Assembly: GCA_965226795.1 (NCBI GenBank)
Contig: CBDDDZ010000002.1
Span: 512,001-576,000 of the forward strand
Origin: Candidatus Latescibacterota bacterium
GTDB lineage: Bacteria; Latescibacterota; UBA2968; GCA-2709665
DNA: 64,000 nucleotides
Direction of reading: 5' to 3'
The notes under the pieces were generated by a model, which saw only the letters and a program-made list of their open reading frames with translations, was not told the DNA's origin and ran no database searches. The translations under genes and the position numbers were made by a program. Shown one piece after another: positions 50,111-60,795 of the stretch (within the stretch, counting starts at the first letter, position 1; every line of letters begins with the position of its first letter).

Positions 50111-50893
50111 CTACGGCCAGACCTCGGGGAAGTGTTCCCCTTCCATCAACGCCCCGTCCGGGACCTCCACGAACGGCTTCATGACGTGTTGTCCGGCGGC
50201 CACGTACCGCGTCTCCTGGGTCATGTAATGGATGGCGATGGCGCGGCGCGGGCGGTTGCTCGTGTTGGCGTGCGACCCGTGCCAGGTCAGCGCGTGATGG
50301 TAGTGCACCTCGCCCTTCCTTACCGGACACCGCACGATTTCCACTCGGCGTCCGGTCCACTCCCGGGGCATGCCCTCGTAATTCTTGACCGACCGTATGA
50401 AGTCGATCTGGTTCCCCCATCCGTGGGATCCCGGGACCATACTCATGCATCCGTTCGCCTCGTCCACGTCGTCCAGCGCCACCCACGCGCTCACCTCCGT
50501 CATCGGTTCGATAATCGGCCACAGGGGCGCATCCTGGTGCCACATGGTGACCCCGCCCCGCTCCGCGGGCTTGTACTGGATCTGATCGTGCCATACCCGC
50601 AACCGATTCGCTCGTGTCAGTTGCGCCACCTCCTCCACAACCTTGCGCATGCCCATCAGTTCCCGAAACGGGTCGCTAGCGGCCCAGATATTGACAATTT
50701 GCCAGACCGGCGTATCCGGATCCGGGTTCAGATTCCGCAGGTGGACCGGCTGCGGCACGTCCGGTCGGCCCCGTTCCGCAATCACCCGGTCCAGCTCAAG
50801 CCGCAGCGTTTCCACCTGCGCGACGTCCAGGAGGCGCCCGGCGTTCAGGAAACCCCGACTGTGAAATTCGGTGATCTGTGCGTCGGTCAACAT
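50111..50893 (-). CDS. PhyH family dioxygenase
   Basis: WHQD, SAWVALDD, PGSH, WHGS--N-S-RPRRA. Confidence 0.9.
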   Translation of the reverse strand: MLTDAQITEFHSRGFLNAGRLLDVAQVETLRLELDRVIAERGRPDVPQPVHLRNLNPDPDTPVWQIVNIWAASDPFRELMGMRKVVEEVAQLTRANRLRVWHDQIQYKPAERGGVTMWHQDAPLWPIIEPMTEVSAWVALDDVDEANGCMSMVPGSHGWGNQIDFIRSVKNYEGMPREWTGRRVEIVRCPVRKGEVHYHHALTWHGSHANTSNRPRRAIAIHYMTQETRYVAAGQHVMKPFVEVPDGALMEGEHFPEVWP

Positions 50894-50936
50894 CGTTCTG
50901 TGCCCCTTCAGAATTCGGAAATAGTGTGGTTCCCGT

Positions 50937-51749
50937 TTACGCCGGACCGGCAAGGATCGGATGCAGCGGGTGTTCCCACGGCCCGCCCGCCGTCATCTCG
51001 TCTCCGGCCCCGGCCGCTTCCTTTCCGCCTGTAAACCGGACGTAGTCGGGTATGTAGATCACTGCGAACGCCCGGCGCGGCCGATCGGTCAGGTTGGGGC
51101 CCGCGTGATGAAAATTGCAGCCGTGATGAAAGGTCACCCCACCGCCGGCCATTTCCATCGCGATGGGTTCCGCCACCTCGTGGCCCTTTTTCGCCATCTT
51201 ATCCACGATGCTTTCACCCGCCACCCCCAGCGCGATCGGCTCCTGCGGGCCCAGCTTGTGCGAGCCCGGCACGAAGTGAAGACAGCCGTTCTCGGCCGTC
51301 ACGTCGTCCACCGCCACCCAGGCCGAGAGCGCCCCGTCCGGTTCCATGGGCCAGTATGGCATATCCTGATGCCAGTTGGTCGCGCGGCTGCCGGCCCCGC
51401 CTGGCTTGACCATGGCGTGATCGTGATAGATCCGCACGTTGCGGCAGCCCGAAAGTCGCCGCGCGGTTTCGGCCAGGGCGTGGCTGAACGAATATGCTTT
51501 CACGTCCGGGAAATCCGTCCAGAGGTTCACCATCTGGTTGAAGACCTTTTCGTACGCGTCGGATGTCCGGCCGCCGCCGGGTGCGCCGACAATCCGTTCC
51601 CTGTTGGCCGCGATGGCCCGGTCGATGGCCTCCCTCAGCGCTTCCACCTCTTCTCCGGAAAAAAACTCGGGATACCTTATAAAGCCGTTTTCCCGGTAAA
51701 ATGCCACGTCTTCCGGCGTCGCCGGGCTTTGTTTTGCCTCCACCGACAT
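50937..51749 (-). CDS. PhyH family dioxygenase
   Basis: WHQD, NGCL-FVPGSH, H-AGPN-T-RPRRA; GGAGG RBS. Confidence 0.9.
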   Translation of the reverse strand: MSVEAKQSPATPEDVAFYRENGFIRYPEFFSGEEVEALREAIDRAIAANRERIVGAPGGGRTSDAYEKVFNQMVNLWTDFPDVKAYSFSHALAETARRLSGCRNVRIYHDHAMVKPGGAGSRATNWHQDMPYWPMEPDGALSAWVAVDDVTAENGCLHFVPGSHKLGPQEPIALGVAGESIVDKMAKKGHEVAEPIAMEMAGGGVTFHHGCNFHHAGPNLTDRPRRAFAVIYIPDYVRFTGGKEAAGAGDEMTAGGPWEHPLHPILAGPA

Positions 51750-51798
51750 TCCTGTCCTCCGAATGGCAAACCAACCGCGTTCATCCCCGAACCGGCAT

Positions 51799-51863
51799 AA
51801 AAAAACCGCCGGTACTCAATGCATAAAAATACCTAAATTCAGCATCGGTACCAACGGTTTTTT
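51799..51863 (-). terminator. Long-stem terminator after the pspA operon
   Basis: CCGTTGGTAC-CGATGC...GCATTG-A-GTACCGGCGG-T7 on the minus strand (G-U pairs favour this strand). Confidence 0.65.
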
Positions 51864-51906
51864 CCAATGTCGGAGGCGAGATTGGAAGGATGCTCCGCCG
51901 GTTTTT

Positions 51907-52095
51907 TCAATAGGCGATTCGATGTTTGTCGCGCGTCAACAGCCGGTACCCCACGTAGATCAACAACAGCGGTACGGCGAACTTGATCACGAACCAGACG
52001 AGCCCAAGCGCGATTCCGATGAGTCCGCCCAGCATAATCATCGCCGCGAGTCCGCCGGCAGCCAACAGGCAGAGCCCCAGGAATTTCATCAACAT
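51907..52095 (-). CDS. Small membrane protein, PspA partner
   Basis: GGAGG RBS, hydrophobic 62 aa, 15 bp after pspA. Confidence 0.75.
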   Translation of the reverse strand: MLMKFLGLCLLAAGGLAAMIMLGGLIGIALGLVWFVIKFAVPLLLIYVGYRLLTRDKHRIAY

Positions 52096-52110
52096 CGTTC
52101 CCTCCGTAGT

Positions 52111-52803
52111 TTATTGTCCATCCCGTTCCGATTTCGCATCGGCCAGCTTCTGTTTCATCTCTCGCAATTGCGAGTCAACCCGTTCCTTCCGCGCCATTTT
52201 CTCCAGGCGTTCGTCCGCTTCCGAGGTGTTGCCGGCGATTTCCTCGTAAATCTCGGCCGCGGCCTCCTCGTGGTCGACCCGCTGGCATAACGCGTCGAAC
52301 CGCTCGAACGCCTCTTCGCGAATCCGGGCGGGGGAACCTGTCGCTGAAACGCAACCTCCCGCCGAGCGGCTTCTGGCGATAAGGGTTCTCTGCCGCGCCC
52401 GCGCCTCCTGAAACCGGTCCTTCAGGCGCGCGCATTGCCGCTCGAGTTGTTCGGCCACCTTCCCGGCTTCGGCCAGCACCTTTTCAAGCCCCTCGGCTTC
52501 CGCTTCTACCTCGGCCTTCCGCACCAGCGCCAGGCGGGCGAGGTCGTCGTCGCCCTCCGAAACGGAACGCTCGGCCGTCCGGTCCCAGGCTTCCGTATCC
52601 GCCCGCCGTGCCTTCACCCTGCGTTCGAGCAGCCGCCGGCCGGCCATGGCGTCGGCCACCGCGGCAACGGCATCGTTCACGGCGTTCTCCATCTCCGTCA
52701 TCATCAGGCGCGACATCTTGTCCGGATCCTCTATCCGGTTCAGCAGATCGTCCACGTCCGCCCGAATGATATTGGCAATCCGCGACAATGTCCCCGCGGC
52801 CAT
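52111..52803 (-). CDS. pspA: PspA/IM30 family protein
   Basis: LSRIANIIRA----LL--IEDP-KM, G-DDLAR-AL--K, coiled coil. Confidence 0.9.
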   Translation of the reverse strand: MAAGTLSRIANIIRADVDDLLNRIEDPDKMSRLMMTEMENAVNDAVAAVADAMAGRRLLERRVKARRADTEAWDRTAERSVSEGDDDLARLALVRKAEVEAEAEGLEKVLAEAGKVAEQLERQCARLKDRFQEARARQRTLIARSRSAGGCVSATGSPARIREEAFERFDALCQRVDHEEAAAEIYEEIAGNTSEADERLEKMARKERVDSQLREMKQKLADAKSERDGQ

Positions 52804-52876
52804 GTCGGTCTCCTTTCACTAGTGGGTGGGATATTTCCTCCCGCGGATGTTCATATACCATCCTGCCCAAAATGTA

Positions 52877-52892
52877 TACAAATGCCGTGCCA
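52877..52892 (-). promoter_or_regulatory. Sigma54 (-24/-12) promoter for pspA
   Basis: TGGCAC-GGCAT-TTGTA with an AT-rich tract upstream. Confidence 0.75.
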
Positions 52893-53186
52893 GAAAATGT
52901 ATTTGGAATTAAGTAGTTGTTTAATAATATTTTAAAGACAGAGATTAAAAAAGGGCCGCACGGGATGTTGGCGTGACGCGCCAACCCGGGCGGCCGAATT
53001 CACCTTATAGAGGCAATTTGAGGTCGTGCCTGTTATTACGGGGAGTACCTTATAGTTTACATCATATGCCTCTGCAATATGTGCGAAAAACGTCAGCCAT
53101 TTGCCGCTGACTGCTGCTTTACCCCGCCGGGCGGGCCTCTTCCTTCTCCCGTCTCGCGCCTTTGGTGGTCTACTTACGTCGCCCGA

Positions 53187-54302
53187 TCAGGATGCCGCGC
53201 GGGCTCCGGCCAGTGACCTGGCCCCGTGCGAGGGTTTGCCACCGGAACGGCGCGCCTGGATCAGTTCGGAGACCACGCTTATGGCGATCTCCTCCGGGGA
53301 ATCCGCGCCAATGTCCAGTCCGATAGGCGCGTGCACCTCTTCAAGGCGCTCCCTGCTTATTCCCTTCGCCTCCATTTCCTTCCACATCAACGCAATCTTG
53401 CGCCTGCTGCCGATCATACCGATATAGGCGGCGTCCGTCCATACCGCCTGTTCCACCACCGGCTTATCGTGCTGGTGTCCCCGGGTTACCGCCACAATAT
53501 AGGACAGGTCGTCGATCTCCAGATGTTCGAACGCCGTCTCCATCTCCAGCGTGAGCGTCTCGTCGGCCATGGGAAACCGCTCTTTGTTGGCAAACATGGG
53601 GCGATCGTCGATGACGACGATTCGAAAGCCAACGGTTGCCGCGATCCGGGCGATGGCGAACGAAACGTGACCGCCGCCAAACAGATAGAGCGTCGGCTCC
53701 GGGCAGATCGACTCCATGAAAACCTTCAGCGGGCTTCCTGACTCGCCCACGTCCAGCGATACCACCTCCAGCAGATCCTCCTGAATCGTCTCCATTTCGG
53801 CCACTTCGCTCAGGATCGCAGCGTCGGCCTCCGCGCAGCCCAGGGACCCCACGGTCGTCCCGTTTGCCCGCACCAGCAGCTTGTCACTCCATTTCGCGGG
53901 ATCTCCTCCGGACACGAGGGTGGCCAACACCGCCGATTCCCGTGCCCTGTGGACCTCCGCCACGTTTTCGAGCACGTTTTCGGACCGGCCCCTGTACAGC
54001 GGCTCCGTGAAAATTTCCACGTTTCCACCGCAGTTCAATCCGTTTTCGCCCGCATGTTTTTCGGTCAGAATGAAATGCTGAAGCGTAGGTACACCCGTTT
54101 CCATCACCTCCCGGGCTTCGGCCCACACATCCGCCTCGAGGCAGCCGCCACCCACCGTACCCACAATCTGGCCATCGGGACGCACCAGCATCTTTGCCTT
54201 CTTGCTCATCGGCAAGGACCCCTTACTGGAGACGATTGTCGACATCGCCGCATTCTGTCCCGAAGAAATCAAATCCAGGGCTTCTGAGAACACGTCTTTC
54301 AT
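53187..54302 (-). CDS. xdhC: XdhC/CoxI molybdoenzyme maturation factor
   Basis: GTVGGGCLE, CGG, LFGGGHV, VTRGHQHD, YIGMIGSRRK, APIGLDIGA-SPEEIA. Confidence 0.92.
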   Translation of the reverse strand: MKDVFSEALDLISSGQNAAMSTIVSSKGSLPMSKKAKMLVRPDGQIVGTVGGGCLEADVWAEAREVMETGVPTLQHFILTEKHAGENGLNCGGNVEIFTEPLYRGRSENVLENVAEVHRARESAVLATLVSGGDPAKWSDKLLVRANGTTVGSLGCAEADAAILSEVAEMETIQEDLLEVVSLDVGESGSPLKVFMESICPEPTLYLFGGGHVSFAIARIAATVGFRIVVIDDRPMFANKERFPMADETLTLEMETAFEHLEIDDLSYIVAVTRGHQHDKPVVEQAVWTDAAYIGMIGSRRKIALMWKEMEAKGISRERLEEVHAPIGLDIGADSPEEIAISVVSELIQARRSGGKPSHGARSLAGARAAS

Positions 54303-54366
54303 CAGGACCACCCCCTTCAGTTCCGTATGCCGGATTGGGATTCCGTGTTTTCGAACGCTCGCGGTC

Positions 54367-55491
54367 TCATCTCCAGACCGAACGCAACGTTTTCGCCAGT
54401 TGCACGAGACTCTCGAGGTTGTGTGCAGCCATGAAATGATCCAGGTAGGGCAACGCCGTTTTCATGCCCAGACAAAGCGGCTGGTACCCGGGGCTGCCCA
54501 GCAGAGGGTTCAGCCACATCAGTTTATGTACGCGTCTGCGCAAACGCACCATTTCGCGCCGCATGAGTTCCGCGTCTCCACGGTCCCATCCGTCGCTTAC
54601 GATAATCATCACCGTCTTGGCCTTCAGCATCTCCCTGGCAAAGCGATCGTTGAACTCCCTCAGGCAGCCGCCGATATCCGTTCCTCCGGCCCAATCATGC
54701 ACGGTTTCCGCCACTTCCCGGAGCGATTCCTCCACGCTCTTGTTCTTGAGCAGCCTGGAGATCGGGGTCATCCGCGTGGAGAACACCCCTACCTCCACGT
54801 CGCGAATTTCCCGTTTCAGCGCGTAGATGAACTGAATCAGGAACTGGCTGTAGCAGTCCATCGACCCGCTCACGTCGCACAGCAGCATCAGCTTCGTTTT
54901 CTTGATCCGGCGCCGGCGCCTGGCCAGGGCCACGCCGTCGCGCCCGTAGAGCGCGTTCCGCCGCCAGGTCCTTCGGAAGTCGATCTCCGCGCCCCGCTTC
55001 TGCGGCTCCCTCCGCCGGCTGCGCCTGTTGGCGATGATGTCCACGATCTGCGCGATAACCTGCCGGGCCTTCTCAATTTCCTTGTCGCTCATCGCGGCCA
55101 GGTCCTTGCGCATCAACACTTCCTCGGGGCTGTACCCCACTTCGTCCGAATCCCCCTCGGCGTTCCCGTCTTCCTCCTCCTCTGTCACCGTATCGACCGG
55201 CTCGTCGAGTTGATCCGACACTTCGAGGTTCTGATCGTCGGCGTCATCTTCGGCAGCCTCCATTTCCATGGTCCGAACCGGGGAGTTCCAGAATGCATAA
55301 AATACCCGGTCGAACGTTTCCAGGTCGTCGAACCGGGAAACCAGCGTGGCGCGCGCCGCCGCGTAGAAATCTCCGCGTCTGCCGATATCGATGAACTCGA
55401 AACTCTGGCAGAAGTCAATCAGATTACCGGAATTCACATCCACGCCGGCCACGTGCAGCGCCCGTGAAAAGGCCACCACCCGGCTCATCAT
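54367..55491 (-). CDS. CoxE-like VWA domain protein (start uncertain, up to 55566)
   Basis: DVSGSM MIDAS, GGTDIG, SDGWDRG, WLNPL. Confidence 0.9.
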   Translation of the reverse strand: MMSRVVAFSRALHVAGVDVNSGNLIDFCQSFEFIDIGRRGDFYAAARATLVSRFDDLETFDRVFYAFWNSPVRTMEMEAAEDDADDQNLEVSDQLDEPVDTVTEEEEDGNAEGDSDEVGYSPEEVLMRKDLAAMSDKEIEKARQVIAQIVDIIANRRSRRREPQKRGAEIDFRRTWRRNALYGRDGVALARRRRRIKKTKLMLLCDVSGSMDCYSQFLIQFIYALKREIRDVEVGVFSTRMTPISRLLKNKSVEESLREVAETVHDWAGGTDIGGCLREFNDRFAREMLKAKTVMIIVSDGWDRGDAELMRREMVRLRRRVHKLMWLNPLLGSPGYQPLCLGMKTALPYLDHFMAAHNLESLVQLAKTLRSVWR

Positions 55492-55562
55492 GCTCCTGTC
55501 TTCGACCCTTCCTCTATTCATGCGGTCCAACCCGTGGGAACGTCGTTTGGTCTGTCTTGTCG

Positions 55563-56477
55563 TCAATTCTTCAGTCGCAACGCCCGATCCTTCAACGCCC
55601 TTGCCTTTTCGATGATCTGGGGCAGGCCATCCTCCTGGAGTTTTTCGATATCCTCCTTGTACTTCAACACGCAGCCCAGCGTGGCGTTCACGGTTTCGGA
55701 ATCGAGTTCATCAATTTCCAAATGCATCAATGCCAGCGCCCAATCGATGGTTTCCGCGATGCCCGGCCGCTTGTAGAAATCGCGTGTTCGCATCAATTGC
55801 ATGAACCCGCACACCTGCTGAGCCAGCCCCGCCTGAATGCGGGGAACCCGAGACGCGACAATTTCCATTTCTTTCTTGAACGTGGGATAGTCGATCCACA
55901 GGTAAAGGCAACGCCGTTTTAGCGCATCGTGCAACTCGCGCGTTCGGTTGGAGGTGAGCACGACAAACGGCACCTTCTGCGCTGAAATCGTGCCGATCTC
56001 GGGGATGGTAATCTGGAAATCCGACAGCACTTCCAGGAGAAAGGCCTCAAATTCCTCGTCGGATCGGTCCACCTCGTCGATCAACAACACCGGCGCGTTG
56101 ATTCCGTTGCCTTGAATAGCCCGCAGAAGCGGTCGTTTAAGCAGGAAATCCTCGCTGAAAATATTGCGGCCGATCTCCTGTTTTTCTATTCCCCTGGCCT
56201 CTTCCAGGCGCATCTCCAGCATCTGCCTTGGATAATTCCACTCGTACAGAGCCGTATTGGCATCCAGCCCTTCGTAACACTGCAACCGGATCAGATCCGT
56301 TTCCAGGATCTGCGCCATTACCTTGGCGACTTCCGTCTTGCCTACGCCCGGCTCGCCCTCAAGAAATATCGGTTTACCCAGCGCCACGGCCAGGTAGATC
56401 GTTGTGGCCAGCGTCCGATCCGCGATATACCCCTCACGACCAAACCGCGCCTCGACTTCTTCTATAGACTTTAACAT
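55563..56477 (-). CDS. MoxR/CoxD-type AAA+ ATPase
   Basis: GEPGVGKT, RLQCYEG, LIDEVDR, TSNRTRELHDALKRRC. Confidence 0.93.
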   Translation of the reverse strand: MLKSIEEVEARFGREGYIADRTLATTIYLAVALGKPIFLEGEPGVGKTEVAKVMAQILETDLIRLQCYEGLDANTALYEWNYPRQMLEMRLEEARGIEKQEIGRNIFSEDFLLKRPLLRAIQGNGINAPVLLIDEVDRSDEEFEAFLLEVLSDFQITIPEIGTISAQKVPFVVLTSNRTRELHDALKRRCLYLWIDYPTFKKEMEIVASRVPRIQAGLAQQVCGFMQLMRTRDFYKRPGIAETIDWALALMHLEIDELDSETVNATLGCVLKYKEDIEKLQEDGLPQIIEKARALKDRALRLKN

Positions 56478-56498
56478 CCGACCCGTATCTCCCCTTTC

Positions 56499-57050
56499 TC
56501 AGCCCAGGGACCGACTCCTGGAACGCTCGGGGCGCGCATATTTCTCAATCCACGCGCTAAGCGCCTCAACCGTACTGCGAAATGCAACTTCGGACCAGGG
56601 AATCCGGCCTGGAGAATATGTCCGTACCTCCAGCGTCTCGAAGTTCCCCTTCAGTTCACCTCCGACCACCGCGCCCGTGTACACAACCAGGACCGTTGGT
56701 ACGTTCGGATAAGAATAGACGCCCAGCAAATCTTCAATTTCGACATCCAGCCCCACCTCTTCCCTGGCTTCGCGGGCAGCCGCGGCTTCCACCTGTTCGC
56801 CCCGGTCGACGTATCCGCCCGGAAAGACCCACTTTCCCATCCCGGGTTCGATGCCCCGCTTCAGGAGCACCACCTCGTCATCCAGTGTAACGATCACGCC
56901 GGCGGCCACTTTCGGATCCAGGTAGACCACGAACTCACACGCCGGGCAAACGGGGCGGTTATGGCCTTCGATCCGTTTCAGTACCAGCGCCGCGCTGCAT
57001 CGCTCGCAGAAGCGGGCGCCGTCGACTTGATGCGCGGTATGATCGCTCAC
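56499..57050 (-). CDS. NUDIX hydrolase with N-terminal zinc ribbon
   Basis: FCERC...CPAC; PGGYVDRGE----AAAREAREEVG Nudix box; start approximate. Confidence 0.88.
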   Translation of the reverse strand: MSDHTAHQVDGARFCERCSAALVLKRIEGHNRPVCPACEFVVYLDPKVAAGVIVTLDDEVVLLKRGIEPGMGKWVFPGGYVDRGEQVEAAAAREAREEVGLDVEIEDLLGVYSYPNVPTVLVVYTGAVVGGELKGNFETLEVRTYSPGRIPWSEVAFRSTVEALSAWIEKYARPERSRSRSLG

Positions 57051-57270
57051 CACCGAGAAGAAACCCTCCCGAAAAATGGTCCCATAGCGTCTAAATATAC
57101 GGGTTTGGAACCGCAGAACAAGCCCTTTTTCGCGACCATGCGGGCACGGACCATCCACAAAAAACCGCAGCCTATCGGCAGGCATGCAGTCGTAAATCCG
57201 GACGTTGCGGACAATCATGGATATCGTCGGGAAACGAAGGCTTTCGGATCCAGGACTCTCGTATATCCCG

Positions 57271-57948
57271 TCATTCCTCGCCGATATTCTCCTTCTGGTG
57301 GCGCACAATCCGACCCTGTACCAGGTATACCACGTTCTCGGCGATATTGGACGCGTGGTCGCCCATGCGCTCCAGGTGCCGCGAGACCAGAATCAGGTGA
57401 ATCGCGCGATCGATGGCGTCCGTCTCCACCCGATAATGCAGGTACGTGAGCAACTCCCTGAAAATCTGATCCCTTAAACCATCCACCACGTCGTCCCGGC
57501 GGCGCACGTCGTTGGCCAGGTCCACGTTCCGATTAACGAAAGCGTCCAGCGCGTCCTTGACCATGCCCCGGGCAAGTTCCGCCATCCGTGGGATATCGAT
57601 AAGCGGCTTCAGAAGCGACGCCCGGTTCAAGACAAGCGCCCGCTCCGCGATATTCACTGCCTGATCGTTGATCCGTTCCAGGTCGTAGTTGATCTTCACC
57701 ACGGTCGCGATAAAGCGAAGATCTCCCGCCACCGGCTGGCGTACCGCCAGCAGCTTCAGGCATTCTTCCTCGATCGACACCTCCCACTCATCGATCGCCT
57801 TACCGCCGGAAATCACGGTTCCCGGTAGATCGTTGTCACGGTCCACCAGTGACTTCACGGCGAGGGCGATGGACTCCTCCACGGCCCCACCCATCTTCAG
57901 CAATTCGCTCTTCAGATGCTCCAGCCGTTGATCCAATGTACGTTCCAT
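57271..57948 (-). CDS. phoU: Phosphate signalling complex protein
   Basis: QPVAGDLR, DLERIND-A-NIA, LERMGDHA-NIAE. Confidence 0.96.
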   Translation of the reverse strand: MERTLDQRLEHLKSELLKMGGAVEESIALAVKSLVDRDNDLPGTVISGGKAIDEWEVSIEEECLKLLAVRQPVAGDLRFIATVVKINYDLERINDQAVNIAERALVLNRASLLKPLIDIPRMAELARGMVKDALDAFVNRNVDLANDVRRRDDVVDGLRDQIFRELLTYLHYRVETDAIDRAIHLILVSRHLERMGDHASNIAENVVYLVQGRIVRHQKENIGEE

Positions 57949-58001
57949 AATGTTTATCCCGTTCGATTAAATCCTCGCACATCTGCCGTGCGCCGTTCCG
58001 G

Positions 58002-58781
58002 CTATCCAAATCTTCCCGTCACGTAGTCCTCGGTCTGCTTCAACCTCGGGTTAGTGAACATCTCCTCGGTCCGTGAATGCTCCACCAGCTTTCCCAGATA
58101 AAAGAAGGCCGTCCAGTCCGAAATACGGGAAGCCTGCTGGAGATTGTGCGTGACTATCGCAATGGTATAACGAGTTTTCAGTTCTTCGATCGTCTCCTCG
58201 ATGTGCCCCGTTGCAATCGGATCCAGCGCGGAACAGGGTTCATCCATCAGAATCACGGAAGGCTCGACCGCAATCGCCCGCGCGATGCAGAGCCGCTGCT
58301 GCTGGCCACCGGAGAGTCCCAGCGCGGACGCATCCAGGCGATCCTTGACCTCGTCCCAGAGCGCAGCCGCGTGAAGGCTTCGCTCCACGGTCTCGTCCAG
58401 AATGGATCGCCGGTTTTCGCCGGCAATGCGCAACCCGTACACCACGTTTTCGTAGATCGATTTGGGAAAGGGATTCGACTTCTGAAACACCATCCCCACA
58501 AGGCGCCGGAGTGAAATAACGTCGTACCCGTGGGCGTGAATATCCTCTCCCTCGATGCGCACCCTGCCCTCAATTCTTACCGTGTCGATCAGATCGTTCA
58601 AACGGTTCATACATCGTAACAGCGTCGACTTCCCGCAGCCCGACGGCCCGATAAATGCGGTGACGTTGTGTCGAGGTACGTTGAGACTGATATCGTACAG
58701 GGCCTGGGTGTCGCCGTAATACAGGCTCAACGCTTCAACTTCCACTACGGGGCGTTCCAGCGTCGCGGCTTCCGCGCCCAT
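58002..58781 (-). CDS. pstB: Phosphate ABC transporter ATPase
   Basis: [38 protein letters not shown]. Confidence 0.97.
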   Translation of the reverse strand: MGAEAATLERPVVEVEALSLYYGDTQALYDISLNVPRHNVTAFIGPSGCGKSTLLRCMNRLNDLIDTVRIEGRVRIEGEDIHAHGYDVISLRRLVGMVFQKSNPFPKSIYENVVYGLRIAGENRRSILDETVERSLHAAALWDEVKDRLDASALGLSGGQQQRLCIARAIAVEPSVILMDEPCSALDPIATGHIEETIEELKTRYTIAIVTHNLQQASRISDWTAFFYLGKLVEHSRTEEMFTNPRLKQTEDYVTGRFG

Positions 58782-58865
58782 CTCGTTTGACTCCTCAGAG
58801 GTAATTCCGCTCAAGGACTATTGGATTGTCGTATGCCAGCGTTCTTGTCAACGGCCGAATAGTCG

Positions 58866-60470
58866 CTAGAAGCCTGTTTTCTGGAAACGCTTCCGCAACC
58901 GGGAACGGACCTGGATCGCCGTCAGGTTCAGTGCGAGCACGATGAATATCAGCAACAGGGTTGTGGTATACACCATTGGACGGGCCGCCTCCACGTTGGG
59001 AGACTGAAAGCCCACGTCGTATATGTGAAACCCCAGGTGCATGAACTTGCGTTCAAGGTGAAAAAACGGCCAGGCGCCGTCCACGGGCAGCGTGGGCGCA
59101 AGTTTAACCACACCGGTAATCATCAACGGCGCCACCTCGCCCGCGCCTCTGGCCACCACCAGCACAATCCCCGTGAGAATCCCGGGGAGCGCCGCGGGCA
59201 GAATGATCCGCCAGATGGTCTGGAACTGGGTGGCACCCAGCGCAAGCGACCCTTCCCGCACCTCCCCTGGTACAGAGGCCAGCGCTTCCTCCGACGCCAC
59301 GACCATTACCGGCACCGTCAACAACGCCAGCGTCAACGACGCCCAGAGAATGCCGCCGGTGCCAAACGTGGGCGCCGGCAACGCCTCGGGGAAAAAGAGA
59401 AGGTCCAGGCTGCCGCCCACACCGTAGACGAAGAATCCCAATCCGAACATCCCGAAGACGATCGAGGGCACCCCGGCGAGATTGTTCACCGCGATCCGGA
59501 TCGCCCGCACAAGCGGACCCTGCCTGGCATATTCACGCAGATACAGCGCCGCCAGAATCCCGAATGGCACCGCCGCCAGACTCATCAGAATGACCATCAT
59601 GACCGTACCGAAGATCGCCGGAAACACGCCGCCTTCGGTGTTGGATTCGCGGGGTTCCGCAGACAGGAACTCCCAGACCCGATCCAGGTAGACGCCCGTC
59701 TTTTCGAAGACGCTCAGCTGGTTCGGCCGATACGCGCGCACCACGTCGGCCACCGAGAGCCGCCGCACCTCCCCGCCGATCAGATGGACCTCGAGTTGCG
59801 GTACTTCGCTCTCTACCCTGAGGCGGTTCAGTTCGGCGGCCAGAGATTCATAACGTGTCCAATATCGGCGGCTTGTCTCGTCCAGTCGCGAAATGTCCGC
59901 CTGCTGTGCATCAGCCGCCAGTTCAAGCTTTCGTTTTTCCAGGCGAAGCTGCTCGATTCTCCGGTTCAGATCAGAAATGGCGTTGTGCTCAATATCGCGG
60001 ACTTTCTCCAGGACCGCGCCGGTTCGCCGAATTTGGCTTTGAAACGCGGTCCAGCCGGCCGGACCGCCTCCGGCCACTTTGTCTTCACCTTCGAACACGC
60101 CCCGCAAGAAACCGTACAGATGTCCCCATTCCCTCCGCTCAAACACCACCGCGCTGTCCGGCAAAGTTCGATCCAGAATCCGTGACTCGTCAATCCATTG
60201 GAAGTCGGCCCCGTAAGCGTCCCGGTTCGCCACTTTCACTTGAACCCGGTATTCCCCTTGCCGGTTCGGAATCTCCTGCCGATTCCAGACCTGACCCATC
60301 GCAACCCCGTCACCATGGAGACGAAACTCGGTCAGGTCGGCGGGCCAGAAAAAGCCCAGGCCGTTGTAGATCACCAGGCCGATCAACCCTACGATCATCA
60401 GGACGCAGAAAGCGAGCGCGCCGCCTGTGAGCCAGATATACGCCTGGCCTGACTTCCAGAACCCGTTCAT
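58866..60470 (-). CDS. pstA: Phosphate ABC permease (long form)
   Basis: PRESNTEGGVFPAIFGT, NLAGVPSIVFG, RGAGEVAP. Confidence 0.95.
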   Translation of the reverse strand: MNGFWKSGQAYIWLTGGALAFCVLMIVGLIGLVIYNGLGFFWPADLTEFRLHGDGVAMGQVWNRQEIPNRQGEYRVQVKVANRDAYGADFQWIDESRILDRTLPDSAVVFERREWGHLYGFLRGVFEGEDKVAGGGPAGWTAFQSQIRRTGAVLEKVRDIEHNAISDLNRRIEQLRLEKRKLELAADAQQADISRLDETSRRYWTRYESLAAELNRLRVESEVPQLEVHLIGGEVRRLSVADVVRAYRPNQLSVFEKTGVYLDRVWEFLSAEPRESNTEGGVFPAIFGTVMMVILMSLAAVPFGILAALYLREYARQGPLVRAIRIAVNNLAGVPSIVFGMFGLGFFVYGVGGSLDLLFFPEALPAPTFGTGGILWASLTLALLTVPVMVVASEEALASVPGEVREGSLALGATQFQTIWRIILPAALPGILTGIVLVVARGAGEVAPLMITGVVKLAPTLPVDGAWPFFHLERKFMHLGFHIYDVGFQSPNVEAARPMVYTTTLLLIFIVLALNLTAIQVRSRLRKRFQKTGF

Positions 60471-60587
60471 TCGATTGGCTCCAGACGTACGATGCGGGCA
60501 ATTGAGGCGCTAAAACCAGAATCCATCGTGTCGTCTCCGTTGTATTCCTTGTCTCGGGACTCGAGACAACCAGCGTGACGAAACGTG

Positions 60588-60795
60588 GTCATTGAGCTTG
60601 TCGAAATGCCCGCGTTTCGGTACCCTTCGACTGGCTCAGTGTCCGGCACAGGGGGCACCGACCCTTGTCGTTCGACAGCCCTTCGCCGACCCTTCGACAA
60701 GCTCAGGGAGCGGCTCAGGGTGCCGGCCCAATGTCGTTAGTTGCGGGCCTTGCTTGCGTTGCCTGTGCTGGGTGCGTTGAGCCTGTCGAAACGCG
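60588..60795. repeat. Cluster of TTCGACA(A/G)GCTCA-type REP elements (family B) inside the pst operon
   Basis: CATTGAGCTTGTCGAAATG, CCCTTCGACTGGCTCAG, CCCTTCGACAAGCTCAGGG, GCGTTGAGCCTGTCGAAACGC in mixed orientations. Confidence 0.8.
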
